The notes below the pieces were generated by a model that made no database searches, was not told the DNA's origin, and was given only the letters and a program-made list of their open reading frames with translations. Source: Paramicrosporidium saccamoebae KSL3 (Eukaryota > Fungi > Cryptomycota). Taken from it: a stretch of DNA of 32,000 bases. Position numbers and translations under genes: made by a program. Position 1 is the first letter of the stretch. The number at the start of each line of letters is the position of its first letter. Location: the NCBI GenBank assembly GCA_002794465.1, contig MTSL01000065.1, positions 225,253 through 257,252 on the forward strand, given 5' to 3'. Below, piece by piece: positions 8,682-19,340 of the stretch.

Positions 8682-9719
8682 ATGCCACACCAACAGCAAG
8701 AGAATGATCCTCGTCATCCCACTGCCGCTCATATGGCCCCATGCCGTCTACCGCAAACAGCGACTCATCTGACGCCTTCGCTTAACCAACCCCCTCAACA
8801 ATACGCCATGCAACCCAAAATGGCATATCCATATGGAGGTCATGGAGACTTGAATCAAATGGGCGTTTCCGGTCCTGGACATATGATGCAAGCCGGTCAC
8901 ATGATGCATCCCAATGCCATGGGCTACCAGGCACCCAACTCGTATCCATCACCGCCACAATACAATCATCCTCAGCTCGCTGGTGGAATGTACCAACCCC
9001 AGTTTCCAGGCTACACACAGGTCTCGTCTATGGCTTCGCCTTCAATGAGCAGCGCTGTCAGCTTCTCCCCCGTCGGACCGAACGGCAGTCCAAATATGTC
9101 TTCAGCGCATTTCCCAGATTCTCCACCGCTCCTTGATGCCAGTCAGATGCTCATGTCGCCCAGTCGGTTCCGAAAACGGCGTCAATTGTCGCCGCTCATC
9201 TCCGGCTATGCCGAGCTGCAATCATCGCCACAGATGATGATGCGTCGCGCCGCCCTGCCCAAGATGCCCGTCTCGCCTGGAAGTTACTCTATGGGGAATT
9301 CACCAAAAAGCAAACCAGCCACTTTGGTTTTGCCATGTTTCTTTGATCAACAGAACAACTTGCGCACCCACGGCCATGGCATCAATGGCACTTCGGGATA
9401 CTATGAAGATTCGCGGAGGAATGCACGGTCGTTTTTACTTGAAGCTGACAACATTGATGAGGAAAATATTACTATTGTCGAGATCAAGCAGCTTCTTCGT
9501 CGCTATTGCATCAATGCGACAGGCAAAAAGATTGTTCTGATGGATCGAATTAGGAAGCTGCAAGCATATCTGAACAGCCAGATGGAACGCGAAGCTGGTG
9601 CTCTTCGCCCGCCTGCCCAAATGACTGCACCCAATACTTCTCCCGTTTCAGACTGTACTACTCCTGAGGCACCCGCAGAAAAGACGAACGGAGAAACTCT
9701 AACTGCAAATGTACGATGA
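8682..9719 (+). CDS. Low-complexity (M/P/S/Q-rich) protein with a C-terminal SAP domain, paralog 1
   Basis: First in-frame ATG is 8682 (the track start at 8580 is TTG). SAP-like ENITIVEIKQLLRRYCINATGKKIVLMDRI; NLS-like RFRKRR; many SP dipeptides. Confidence 0.7.
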   Translation: MPHQQQENDPRHPTAAHMAPCRLPQTATHLTPSLNQPPQQYAMQPKMAYPYGGHGDLNQMGVSGPGHMMQAGHMMHPNAMGYQAPNSYPSPPQYNHPQLAGGMYQPQFPGYTQVSSMASPSMSSAVSFSPVGPNGSPNMSSAHFPDSPPLLDASQMLMSPSRFRKRRQLSPLISGYAELQSSPQMMMRRAALPKMPVSPGSYSMGNSPKSKPATLVLPCFFDQQNNLRTHGHGINGTSGYYEDSRRNARSFLLEADNIDEENITIVEIKQLLRRYCINATGKKIVLMDRIRKLQAYLNSQMEREAGALRPPAQMTAPNTSPVSDCTTPEAPAEKTNGETLTANVR

Positions 9720-9744
9720 TTAGATCTCCGTTCTCTGTGAATAA

Positions 9745-9800
9745 TAAAAGTACCGTGCTATCATCAGAACTTTGGGGGTAGTAAAAGTACCGTGTTGTCA
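9745..9800. repeat. Short direct repeat, two 19-bp copies 37 bp apart
   Basis: TAAAAGTACCGTGCTATCA (9745) and TAAAAGTACCGTGTTGTCA (9782). Confidence 0.75.
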
Positions 9801-9912
9801 GTACAATTTTAATTGATTCCACGTTATCTAGAATTTAGTGAACAGAACCAACAGCTGCTGGTTTTATGGGCGTCGAATCGGAAACGTAGATTTATGTTGG
9901 ATTGAAGCGCTC

Positions 9913-9968
9913 ATTGGCCGCCTCCCAGTTGTACCGAATCGGAATTGGCCGTTAGAGCTCCGACCAAT
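9913..9968 (+). promoter_or_regulatory. Cluster of three CCAAT boxes upstream of SAP paralog 2
   Basis: ATTGG at 9913-9917 and 9944-9948 (31 bp apart), CCAAT at 9964-9968. Function is inferred. Confidence 0.45.
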
Positions 9969-10040
9969 GAAATAACGTGCCGTTAGTAACGCGGAAAGCA
10001 ACTAAAACGCCCTAGAGTGTCCGTGGAAGCAGCGAGTAGC

Positions 10041-11135
10041 ATGCCTACAAGTAATCCCGACTGTCCATCCGATGCGAAGCAGGCTTATGCTTCCGATCTG
10101 AGCGAATTCTTCGGAGGAGCCTGGGACTTTGCTCCAAATGGAACCTTTTCCGACGTGGCCGATCCCCCACAGGAAAGCGTCCTACCCGATCCGGTTCCAG
10201 AGGATCCCATGCAGAAACATCGCTCACCGGTGCTAAGCGCCACCTCTAATCAATCGATACAAGCGCCAGCCAGCAGTAGCAGTCCATCAGTAAAGACAAA
10301 GCCGCCGAACCTTTATGAAGCACTGCGACGCTCGCAGATGATGGCACCCATGATGATGACAATGAGTCCTCTGGCCGGCTACTCTGACGGAATGATGGGA
10401 AACATGGATTGGACTTTGGATGCCAGTGGAAATATTTTCCCCACATCGCCCTCCCTCCTCGGGACCATGGATCCAACCCAAATGATGATGATGCAGGCTG
10501 CCCGCATGAAGAGGCCTCGTGTCTCCCCATTCATGAGTCCTGCAGGGCTGGATTTCGGGATGGGCATGAATATGTTCCGTCGTTCCGCCAAAATGCCCCT
10601 ATCTCCAATCACCCGTCCCAGCGGGGAGAGAACTGCCTTGGAGACAAACGACAAGACAATGCCGCTGGTGCTGCCATTTGCGGCGGCAAATATCAAACCA
10701 CAAATGGTAAAGCCAACACCTGTCAAACTGATGCCCGCCAAGCTCACGGAAGAGCAAAAGCCGCAGCCCCTCTCCCTAGAAGATAACATTGAGAAGAATC
10801 TGCGATCATTCCTGCAGGACACAAGGGACCTGGAATGGGACAATGTGACGGTGGTGGAGCTCAAGCGGATTCTTCGGCAATACGAGCTGAATGCTACAGG
10901 GAAAAAGGCAGAGTTGATGCAGCGGATCAAGAAAATCCGGCTGTCCTATCAACATTTAGATGGCACCGTCGAAAGTGAGAGGGTAACCAAGACAGGGATA
11001 AAGCGGACAGAATCCTCACCGGACACAATGGGCAGTGATGCGGGGTTGGATGAAACCACCATGGGCAAGTCTCTAGACGAGCTTTTTGCGGGGGCTTTAG
11101 AGATCCCTCCGGGCTCCGAGATGCTCTTTTCATAA
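10041..11135 (+). CDS. Low-complexity (M/P/S-rich) protein with a C-terminal SAP domain, paralog 2
   Basis: First ATG is 10041. SAP domain DNVTVVELKRILRQYELNATGKKAELMQRI; NLS-like RMKRPR. Shares KMP(L/V)SP and LVLP blocks with paralog 1. Confidence 0.75.
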   Translation: MPTSNPDCPSDAKQAYASDLSEFFGGAWDFAPNGTFSDVADPPQESVLPDPVPEDPMQKHRSPVLSATSNQSIQAPASSSSPSVKTKPPNLYEALRRSQMMAPMMMTMSPLAGYSDGMMGNMDWTLDASGNIFPTSPSLLGTMDPTQMMMMQAARMKRPRVSPFMSPAGLDFGMGMNMFRRSAKMPLSPITRPSGERTALETNDKTMPLVLPFAAANIKPQMVKPTPVKLMPAKLTEEQKPQPLSLEDNIEKNLRSFLQDTRDLEWDNVTVVELKRILRQYELNATGKKAELMQRIKKIRLSYQHLDGTVESERVTKTGIKRTESSPDTMGSDAGLDETTMGKSLDELFAGALEIPPGSEMLFS

Positions 11136-11366
11136 ATATGTAAATAAACCGATCACACTCGAGGCTTTAGTGTCTTGTTATGCAATGATCTGTTGCATAG
11201 GGTATACTCCCTACTATTATTGCACACGCAAATTCATCTTAATGTGTCTACTCGACCCGCTCGTTGTAGACCCTGTTGACTGACGAAAATGTCTTTACTA
11301 AAAAGCACACATATTCCCTCTATAAAAAGCATATATATACTGTCTATGACATGCCGCCACCCTTAG

Positions 11367-11592
11367 TGTGATGTAGGAGGTTGACTGCCCTGTTCTTGAA
11401 AATAGTTTCCTAGTTCGGGGAGGATATAATTGGAACAATCGGTGAAAGATAATGAGATCTATATCCTCATCATTTTAAAGTATTGCGTTATTTGTGAGAC
11501 TGGAAATGGGCCAGTGGATTAACAGCGGACAGGTTCTCGTCTCGTCACTTTTCGCCTGACAAAATCCGTGGTATTATCCTCACTACACGACA
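11367..11592. mobile_element. Solo-LTR-like TG...CA element, 226 bp, with a 4-bp target-site duplication (opposite orientation to the 16054 and 31861 copies)
   Basis: Starts TGTGATGTAG and ends CTACACGACA (imperfect terminal inverted repeat). Flanked on both sides by TTAG (11363-11366 and 11593-11596). Its reverse complement shares GTG(A/G)GGATAATACCAC, TGTCAGGCG and CTGTYYRCTGYTAATCC with the other copies. Confidence 0.75.
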
Positions 11593-11626
11593 TTAGGACT
11601 ACCAATCATAAGCGGATACTATCTAT

Positions 11627-12814
11627 TCACTTCTTCTTACTATTGCCAACATTAAACTTGAAGTAAATAATATCGCCGTCCTCGACGACATATTCGCGTC
11701 CCTTTTGGAGATACTTTCCTGCCCCCTTTACCGAATTTTCATCACCTAATTCCTTCAAGTCGGTAAAGCGCATCACTTCGGCCATAATGAAGCCCCGCTC
11801 AAAATCAGTGTGGATGACTCCAGCAGCGCCGGGTGCCTTGGTACCACGACGAATAGTCCAGGCTCGGACCTCATCAGCCCCCGATGTAAAGTAGTAGATG
11901 AGCTGTAGGGCCTGGTATCCAGCCAAGATGATCTTGGGAAGAGCAGAGGTAATGGCCTTTTCTGTGAGGAACTTTTCGCGAGCCTCAGAGTCCATAGAGG
12001 AGAGGGCATGCTCCAATGCGCCACTGAAGGGGATCAGAGGATCTCCAGCAGAGTTGGCATCAATCCATGCCTTAATCTTGGGCAGCCACTTGTTCTTCTT
12101 CCGTGCGTAATCATCCTCGCTCAAGTTGACAAGATACACAGCACTCTTGGCCGTCAGCAGCTGAAGCGGGTTAATAATCTCTTCAATCTCCTTGGGGCTC
12201 CAGTCTCCATGACGGACTTCTCGTCCATCAACCTCCACCCATCGCAGCAGCTTCTCCAAAGTGTCCAGTTCAAATTTACGGGCCTTGTCGTTTTCGTGGC
12301 CACGGAGTCCCTTGCGGGCCATCTCTACCGACTTTGTCAAGAATTCAATGTCCTTTAGGCGAAGCTCCTCGCGGATAATGTCCAAATCACGAGTCGGATC
12401 CACCTCTCCTTCCACATGGACTACTTCCTCGCCACTGAATGCTCGGACGACATGATAGATTCCATCGACAGCGCGAATGTGACTCAAAAAGGCATTTCCA
12501 AGTCCCTGTCCAGAGGCCGCACCCTTTACAAGCCCAGCAATATCAATTACGGTCAGATAGGCGGGTATTTTGCTTTTGGGTTTGTACTCTGTGCACAGCC
12601 AGTCAAAGCGCGCATCGGGAACAGCCACACGGCTCTCTTCCGGGTCGATGGTGCAGAACGGAAAGTTCTCGGCTCGGCCCGCGCTATTTGTGACGGCATT
12701 GAAAAAGGTCGACTTGCCCACATTGGGCAGGCCGACAATTCCCATCTTCAAGTTATTGGAGGGACGGCCGAGGAGCGGCTTCACAACAGGTTCGGGTACT
12801 CCTTTGGGTGGCAT
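11627..12814 (-). CDS. OLA1: Obg-like ATPase 1 (YchF/OLA1)
   Basis: [55 protein letters not shown] and the TGS-domain end [11 protein letters not shown]. First ATG is 12814; the track start at 12865 is GTG. Confidence 0.97.
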   Translation of the reverse strand: MPPKGVPEPVVKPLLGRPSNNLKMGIVGLPNVGKSTFFNAVTNSAGRAENFPFCTIDPEESRVAVPDARFDWLCTEYKPKSKIPAYLTVIDIAGLVKGAASGQGLGNAFLSHIRAVDGIYHVVRAFSGEEVVHVEGEVDPTRDLDIIREELRLKDIEFLTKSVEMARKGLRGHENDKARKFELDTLEKLLRWVEVDGREVRHGDWSPKEIEEIINPLQLLTAKSAVYLVNLSEDDYARKKNKWLPKIKAWIDANSAGDPLIPFSGALEHALSSMDSEAREKFLTEKAITSALPKIILAGYQALQLIYYFTSGADEVRAWTIRRGTKAPGAAGVIHTDFERGFIMAEVMRFTDLKELGDENSVKGAGKYLQKGREYVVEDGDIIYFKFNVGNSKKK

Positions 12815-12914
12815 ACTTCTATTCACGGCACGGAACAAAGTACGTCCGAACTGCACTTTTGTCACGCCCCGGCGAGATTAAAATCCATTTATTCTTAACT
12901 CCCTGATCGGCTGT

Positions 12915-15900
12915 CTAGAGGTACAAACTATTTGCAAAGACAATGTCTCGCTTTAACTTTCCTATGGCATCATTGAACTTTTGCTCTAAATCCACGTTTC
13001 CGATGGATTTGGCTGCTTGGGCCATCTGTCGGAGGAGTTCGTCCAGACGCCTCATACAGCGAATGATGCTTCCTTCATAGACTTCAGTCATCTTGCAGAT
13101 GCGGGCAAATTTAGCTCCCCGACACCATGCATGCACGGCATCCATCAACTCTGGTCTAAATTTCTGCACATACTCCTCCTCGTTGAGTTCCAATTTGCAT
13201 TCGGTGGAGACACGAGCAATGCGACGAGCAGCCTCCTGCATCATGCGGAGAGGTCCCGCCAGTTCCTCTTTCAATTTGACCGGATCGTCACTCTAAAAAT
13301 CAATCTAGTTACAAGAGCAAATACCTTTTCTTGGAATACAAAGCAGGACAATAAAGCTGCCACCTGTTCGGGCTGTAAATCATTGAAGGCACCGGCAAAC
13401 ATCATCTCTGTTAGCAACAGTTCATCTCCTGTGCTGATTTCGCAGGCAACGCGTCCTTTTACCTCAATCACATCTTCAGCGGTTGCGTAGCCCAAACGGC
13501 GAAGAACTCGTTTTCGATTCTTCAACTCTTCCATATGAACAATTGCGTGGGTGTCGCGGATATGTCGTTTTAGAGCAGAAATACGATCTTCGAGATTCTT
13601 CTTTGCCGAGTACTGCTCATATAAACGAGGCAGATTGGGAGACTTGTGTAGAGCGTGAGAGAAAAGGACGCCTTCCAACGTTTCAATTTTTCTAACTAAA
13701 GCCTGGAATGCCTCATCCTTGATATTCATGTCCTGGACTGGGTCGAGCAGCGGTGGTCCATCTGGGAAGCGCTTTTGGACTTCTTGAATAGCACGATGAA
13801 CCGTAGTGCGCTGGTCCAAAGAGCGGAGATCCTTGGGCATGTAGATGCGCACTGAACTGATCCCGTCAAGGACCTTTAGAGCAGCCGGGAGCACGATCAT
13901 CTCTCCCTCTTTTCCTTGAAGACAAGGCTTTGGAACCCCAATTTGCACCCCATCCTTTGGACGTTCACAATACGCCAATACATCTACAATAAACTGCGGA
14001 ATAGGCTCCTTGCCCATTTCGGCTTCCTTCTTGGAGGGTCTCTGCGTCTTCTTGTGAAGATTGACTACGGCACACCATCCATAATCTGATTGCTCATCCC
14101 GGACTCTTACAAGACGTCCCACTTGCATAAATGGGACAGAGTACGAGTGATGGTGGACAATTTTTTTGAAATCGTTCTTGCAAGACTCCAGCTGGGCACG
14201 AATGTTCCAATATTCAGCAATAGACTCTTCCTGCTCAATGATAATCCCCTCCTTTTCAGTCTCCAACTCTTGCAGCTTTAATTCTAGGGCAGGAATGTCG
14301 TCTGAATTTTGAAACTGGAAGAATGATCTGTGTAGCATATAATCAGGTGAGATGCCCTCGACTCGCATCAGATTGAGGATCATATTGTAACTCAGATGGA
14401 AGGCGCTATTCAGGGCATCTGCTTGACCTTTGAGCATGTTCTTGGCAATCAAGGGATCCATCTTTTCTTCAATCATCAAAATAACAATACCGCGAGAATC
14501 TAATCCACGACGACCAGCACGGCCGCTCATTTGAATGTATTCGCCAGAGCTAATCCATCTAAAGTCTTGGCCATCAAACTTGCGTGCATTCGTAAAGACG
14601 ACAGTCCTTGCAGGCATATTGAGTCCAATCGAAAATGTTTCAGTGGCAAACAAAAGCTTAATCAATCCTTCCTGGAAGAGAATTTCGATAACCTCCTTGA
14701 GGATTGGCAATAGTCCCGAGTGATGAATACCAATTCCATTCTTCAAAAGGGGCAAGATGCTTGCAATCTGTGGTAGTTGTCGATCTTCCTCGGAGAGAGA
14801 CTCGATGGCGTTAGTGAAGACGGAAGAGACCAGTTTGCGCTCATCTTCAGTGTTAAAATCCATGCGGGCAACCTGCATCGCTAGATTCTCGCAGTCCTTT
14901 TTCGAAAAGGAAAATACAATCACAGGATGCAAGTTCTTGGTCATGATCATCTTGATAATTTTGCTAATGTCAGACTGTCCGTTATTTCCAGTGGACTTGG
15001 GCCGTCTCTTCTTCTTCTCCCCCAGAACATCGTCATTTCGATCGCCAAAAACGTTGAGGGCCTTTTGGAAATTGTCTTGACGGAATACACCCTTTTCGTC
15101 AACAGCCAAGTAGATGCCATTTGCACCAGAAGGAAACAAATAATGTTGCAAAGGCGTGGGACGGTAATTAGTGTACACAACGTGACAGGGTTGCTGGTGC
15201 ATTGCGCAGATCCAACGAGCAAATTGCTTTGCGTTCGGAATCGTAGCAGACAAAAACACGTACTTTACAGAGTCGGGTAGCAGGATGAGTGTCTCTTCCC
15301 AAACCACACCGCGCTCCTTATCTCTCATGTAATGGATTTCATCGAATACAACCCAGGCGACTTCACGCATAACTTCAGAGCCTCGGTACAGCATAGACCG
15401 AAGAATCTCGGTTGTCATTACCAAACAGCTGGCGGTCCCATTGATTGTGACATCTCCCGTCATCAATCCAACGTCTCCAAAAATTTCATTCAGCTCGCGA
15501 TATTTCTGGTTGCTGAGTGCCTTGATCGGCGACGTATAAATGACTCGCTGTTGATTGTTGAGCGACTTGGCAATGGCATATTCGGCGACCACTGTCTTTC
15601 CAGCACTAGTGTGCGCAGACACGAGAACAGACTCGTTCCTCTCAATACAGGCGACAGAAAGCTGTTGGAATGGATCCAACTGGAAGGGATACTCCCGAGC
15701 CGGCTTCTCTGGTGGCCGGTGTTCTGAAAGAGGAATGTATGGATAATTCTCTGGAATCGCAACTTCGTGTCGCACTTCATGAACTAGAGACAGCTTTTGG
15801 GCTGGGGCCTCGGCGCTATCTTCAGTGGGTACTCCAGAAACTTGCTGCTCCACTTCAGTCGAAAAAGAGTCCAAAAATTCGCTCTGGTCGATAGACTTTG

Positions 15901-16018
15901 GACGCTTTATGCTACCCTCGTCATGCATGTCTATTAGGATGCGTTTTGGACTGTCATTGTCATGTGGTGCCCTGACCACATCGACAAGTTCTTCCGTGTC
16001 TGCTGGTAGAAAGGACAT
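12915..16018 (-). CDS. MTR4: Ski2-like RNA helicase Mtr4, 2 exons
   Basis: Exons 16018-13325 and 13292-12915; 32-nt intron 13324-13293. Motifs [28 protein letters not shown] and [10 protein letters not shown]; arch/KOW insert; C-terminal [16 protein letters not shown]...IKRDIVF-like end ([13 protein letters not shown]). Confidence 0.97.
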
Positions 16019-16053
16019 AATGGTGGCCGGGGCAGTTATTAGGTCAACATATA

Positions 16054-16226
16054 TGTCGCGTAGTGGGGATAAATAGTATGGACTGTCAGGCGGGAAAGGG
16101 GGGGCTGTTTACTGCTAATCCTAGAATAGTATGGATACGCAAGCTCACTGTTCTCAAACACCTAGCAAAGCGATCCACTCTAGCACACAAACACTCAACT
16201 AATCAATCCTCTGCCTCTACGTCACA
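16054..16226. mobile_element. Solo-LTR-like TG...CA element, 173 bp
   Basis: Starts TGTCGCGTAG and ends CTACGTCACA. Its core of about 75 nt, GAAAGGGGGG..TGTTTACTGCTAATCCTA..CTCACTGT.CTCAA..ACC.AGCAA, is near-identical to 31909-31982. Flanks TATA/TGTG are not a perfect TSD. Confidence 0.75.
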
Positions 16227-16248
16227 TGTGTGCATGTTCTAATGGTAT

Positions 16249-17273
16249 TTATTGGTCATGTTTTTCAAATTGGACAATAGGAAACGCTTCATATTGACAG
16301 ACGGCGCCTGGGGACGAGTCGCAAATACCGCAACTGAATATCATGATCGTTCCCCATTCCATTCCATCCGAATACAATGCATGCGTGCCTCTGCGACTCT
16401 TGGGAATGTGATGGAGATGTTGATCTTCACCAGTGGGCAGCTTCCATAGAATAGCTGGCATAAGCTGCAACTCAAATTGACGATCCCGGTTGCATCGAGG
16501 ACAGGGTTGGACTTTGGGGAGTGGATCGCTGCAAAAGGCTAACAGAGATCCTCCTGGGCAGTACCGAACACACTGGCGAGGATAATGGGCCACGCGATTG
16601 TGGAACTTTTTAAAGACTTTGTCAAATCCCAAAACATTCGTACTTTCGTACATTTCTGTCTGCCACATTTCACCATCCTCTGCAACTGGCTCATCGACCA
16701 TCTCTTCTTCCTTCTTTGTAGGTTTCTCATGGATCGCAATGAGCTCATCGACGATATGAAGTGCGATCGGTGGAAAACTGACTGGATAATTCGCCGAGTA
16801 GTAGGACTCTGGCAGATTCGTATCATCCTCTATCGACGTCTGGTTGATGCTTTCAGTGATCTCGTCAACCATAATAGAGTCCCAGAGACCCTTGGGCTTT
16901 GGCACTGGCACGCTCTTTTGTGCTGTCTCGCGGCACTGAACAATAACCTTTATGCACTTATTAGAGCCGGATTCGGTACATTCTCTAGTGTTGCAGCCAA
17001 AAACGTAAAAGATACGGTCGACACCCGCAGAACGTTGACTAGGCGGACAATCCATTTGAAGCAATAAGTAGAGCTGTGACCCACAGATACCGCAGGCGAG
17101 GGTATCTTCCGTTTCGGGGAAACGCTGTAGCCAAGTCTACAAAATAAGAGTCCTCCCATATGCACACATACCGGCTTTCCTCCAATCTTGGTGACAAACG
17201 GATCTACTTCTTCGTGAGTCTCGAGAGGTCCATCAGGGAGCCCAAGCTCAACGTCTTCTTCCTCAAAGGTCAT
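16249..17273 (-). CDS. TSR4: PDCD2L/Tsr4-like uS5 chaperone, 2 exons
   Basis: Exons 17273-17172 and 17136-16249; 35-nt intron 17171-17137. VELGLPD...TKIGGKP|TWL...CGICGSQLYLLLQMDCP and PRQCVRY...CPRCNRDRQFELQLMPAIL...MEWGTIMIFSC are PDCD2_C hallmarks. An alternative in-frame ATG lies at 17369. Confidence 0.9.
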
Positions 17274-17625
17274 AGTTCTTGTCACCCTGGCAACCCGGTA
17301 TTTTTGAATCTCAACCAGGCATTGCTGAATGTTCAGATCAGAGTTTACATTTACTACAGATCGGCCCATAGATACGCCTACCGCAAAAAAATACGAGACA
17401 TTTTGTTACGGGGTGTCGCAGCAGTCCATGTACACAATTCTTTTACTGCACACGCTAAACGGGAGCTAAGTCTATTAAATATTGTCCGCCATTTGTGGCG
17501 GCCCTCTATCTGGTTGTGGTGATTCCCCTTGATCACTATCCCTTAAAAATGGCGAGTTGGCCCCCCATACATCACATTGAGGTCTTATTTTATATGGCTT
17601 TCTTACCCTGGAAGAGAATTCCACG

Positions 17626-19340
17626 ATGGCAACAAGCAACAGCAAGACTGCTGACATGTCGGACAAAAAGCAAGCCAAAGTTGAAATGAAGGTAAATTTA
17701 TGCAAGCAAGTACCATAACTATAACTTTAGGCAGAAGAGTTGTTCCTACAGGACCAGAAACACTTGAGTTATGAGGGCTGTATCCTACATGTAAAAGATG
17801 GGCTTGTGCCAAATATGAGGGTGCCTGGGCGTGTTTATGTGGGCCAACAGTCGATTACACAACTTGAGAATGAATTGAGACATTTTCACAAGTCTGGGAG
17901 TACTTCCTATCTGCCTGCATTGCAGCAAATTGGGAATGTAGCCGCACTACCCGGCATTGTTGGGGCATCGATTGGACTCCCAGATATTCACACAGGCTAC
18001 GGATTCGCCATTGGTATAGGAAAATAGAGTATTCATCCTTTAGGACACGTGGCAGCATTTGATATGGATGATCCCGAGTCGATTGTGAGTCCCGGTGGAG
18101 TTGGGTTTGATATCAACTGCGGTGTGCGCATGCTACGCACCAACCTGACCATTGATGATGTGCGGCCAGTCCAGCAGCAACTAACAGATGCCATCTTCAA
18201 TCTTGTTCCTGTTGGCGTTGGTGGTCGAAACAAAGATTGTCTGACGTCTGAAGATTTACGCCAAGTAATGTTGCGTGGGATGGATTGGGCCGTAGAGAAG
18301 GGCTTTGCCTGGCCTCAGGATTCGCTGCATTGTGAAGAGCGTGGACAGGTGCTCGTCTTGGATCCTTCTCAGATTGGGAACGAACGTGCCGAAGCTAGAG
18401 GCCTTCCCCAGCTGGGAACACTTGGGTCCGGTAACCATTACGCAGAAGTGCAGGTGGTCACTGACATTTACGACCAAGATGCGGCAATGGCCATGGGAAT
18501 TGTCAAAAGTGGTCAAATATGCATCATGATCCATTGTGGGAGTCGCGGACTTGGACACCAATTTGCGGATGACGCAATCAAAGAGATGGCCGATGCAATG
18601 AAGCGTGACTCGATCCAAGTAAACGACCAAATGTTGTCATGTACACGTATCAACTCGACGGAGGGCCAGGCGTACCTTTCTAAAATGGCTGCAGCATCCA
18701 ATTTTGCCTATGTGAATCGCAGTATGATTGCTCATCGTATTCGCGCTGCCTTTAAGCAAGTATTTAATCGCTCAGCAGAGGAGCTGGAGATGGCCACTGT
18801 ATATGATGTCGCCCATAATATCGCCAAAGTTGAACGGCACATTGTTGACGGTGTGGAGAAGAGGTTGCTGGTCCATCGTAAGGGATCCACTCGTGCATTT
18901 CCGCCAGGCCATCCTGATCTTCCTGAGGATTACAAGGAAATCGGCCAGCCTGTCCTGGTGGGCGGGTCTATGGGAACCTGCAGTTATGTCTTGACGGGCA
19001 CTCAGCAGGGAATGACAGAGACGTTTGGATCAACGTGCCATGGAGCGGTAACTCGGTTTCTGTAGATTCTTAACAAAGTAGGGTCGGGCACATAGCCGTC
19101 ACCACATGAAAAAGACTTTGACGCCAGAGGAAGTGCTAGCTGACCTTAAGGAGAAGGGCATTACGATTCGAGTTGGCAACATTAAGGGTATTTCTGAAGA
19201 AGCCCCAGCTTCATACAAAGACGTCACCGAGGTTGTGGACATTTGTATCACTTTATTCACAAGCTTAACTCTTAGGTCACAAAGCTGGTATCAGCAAAAA
19301 AGCTTTCCGACTAGAACCCGTCTGTGTCGTCAAAGGATAG
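17626..19340 (+). CDS. RTCB: RNA-splicing ligase RtcB (3'-phosphate/5'-OH ligase), 5 exons
   Basis: Exons 17626-17691, 17731-18013, 18044-19047, 19082-19244, 19276-19340; introns of 39, 30, 34 and 31 nt. Catalytic motifs are intact: [72 protein letters not shown], terminal VVKG. Confidence 0.97.

Noticed and set aside
11490-11515. Sm-site-like ATTTGTG followed by a hairpin (U1-like 3' end)
   Set aside because: No U1 5' ACTTACCT or other snRNA hallmark upstream, and the segment lies inside the TSD-flanked LTR-like element.
16105-16125. GATTAGCA on the minus strand resembling part of U6 snRNA
   Set aside because: Only 8 nt match, and the invariant ACAGAGA box is missing. The same text is part of the dispersed repeat.
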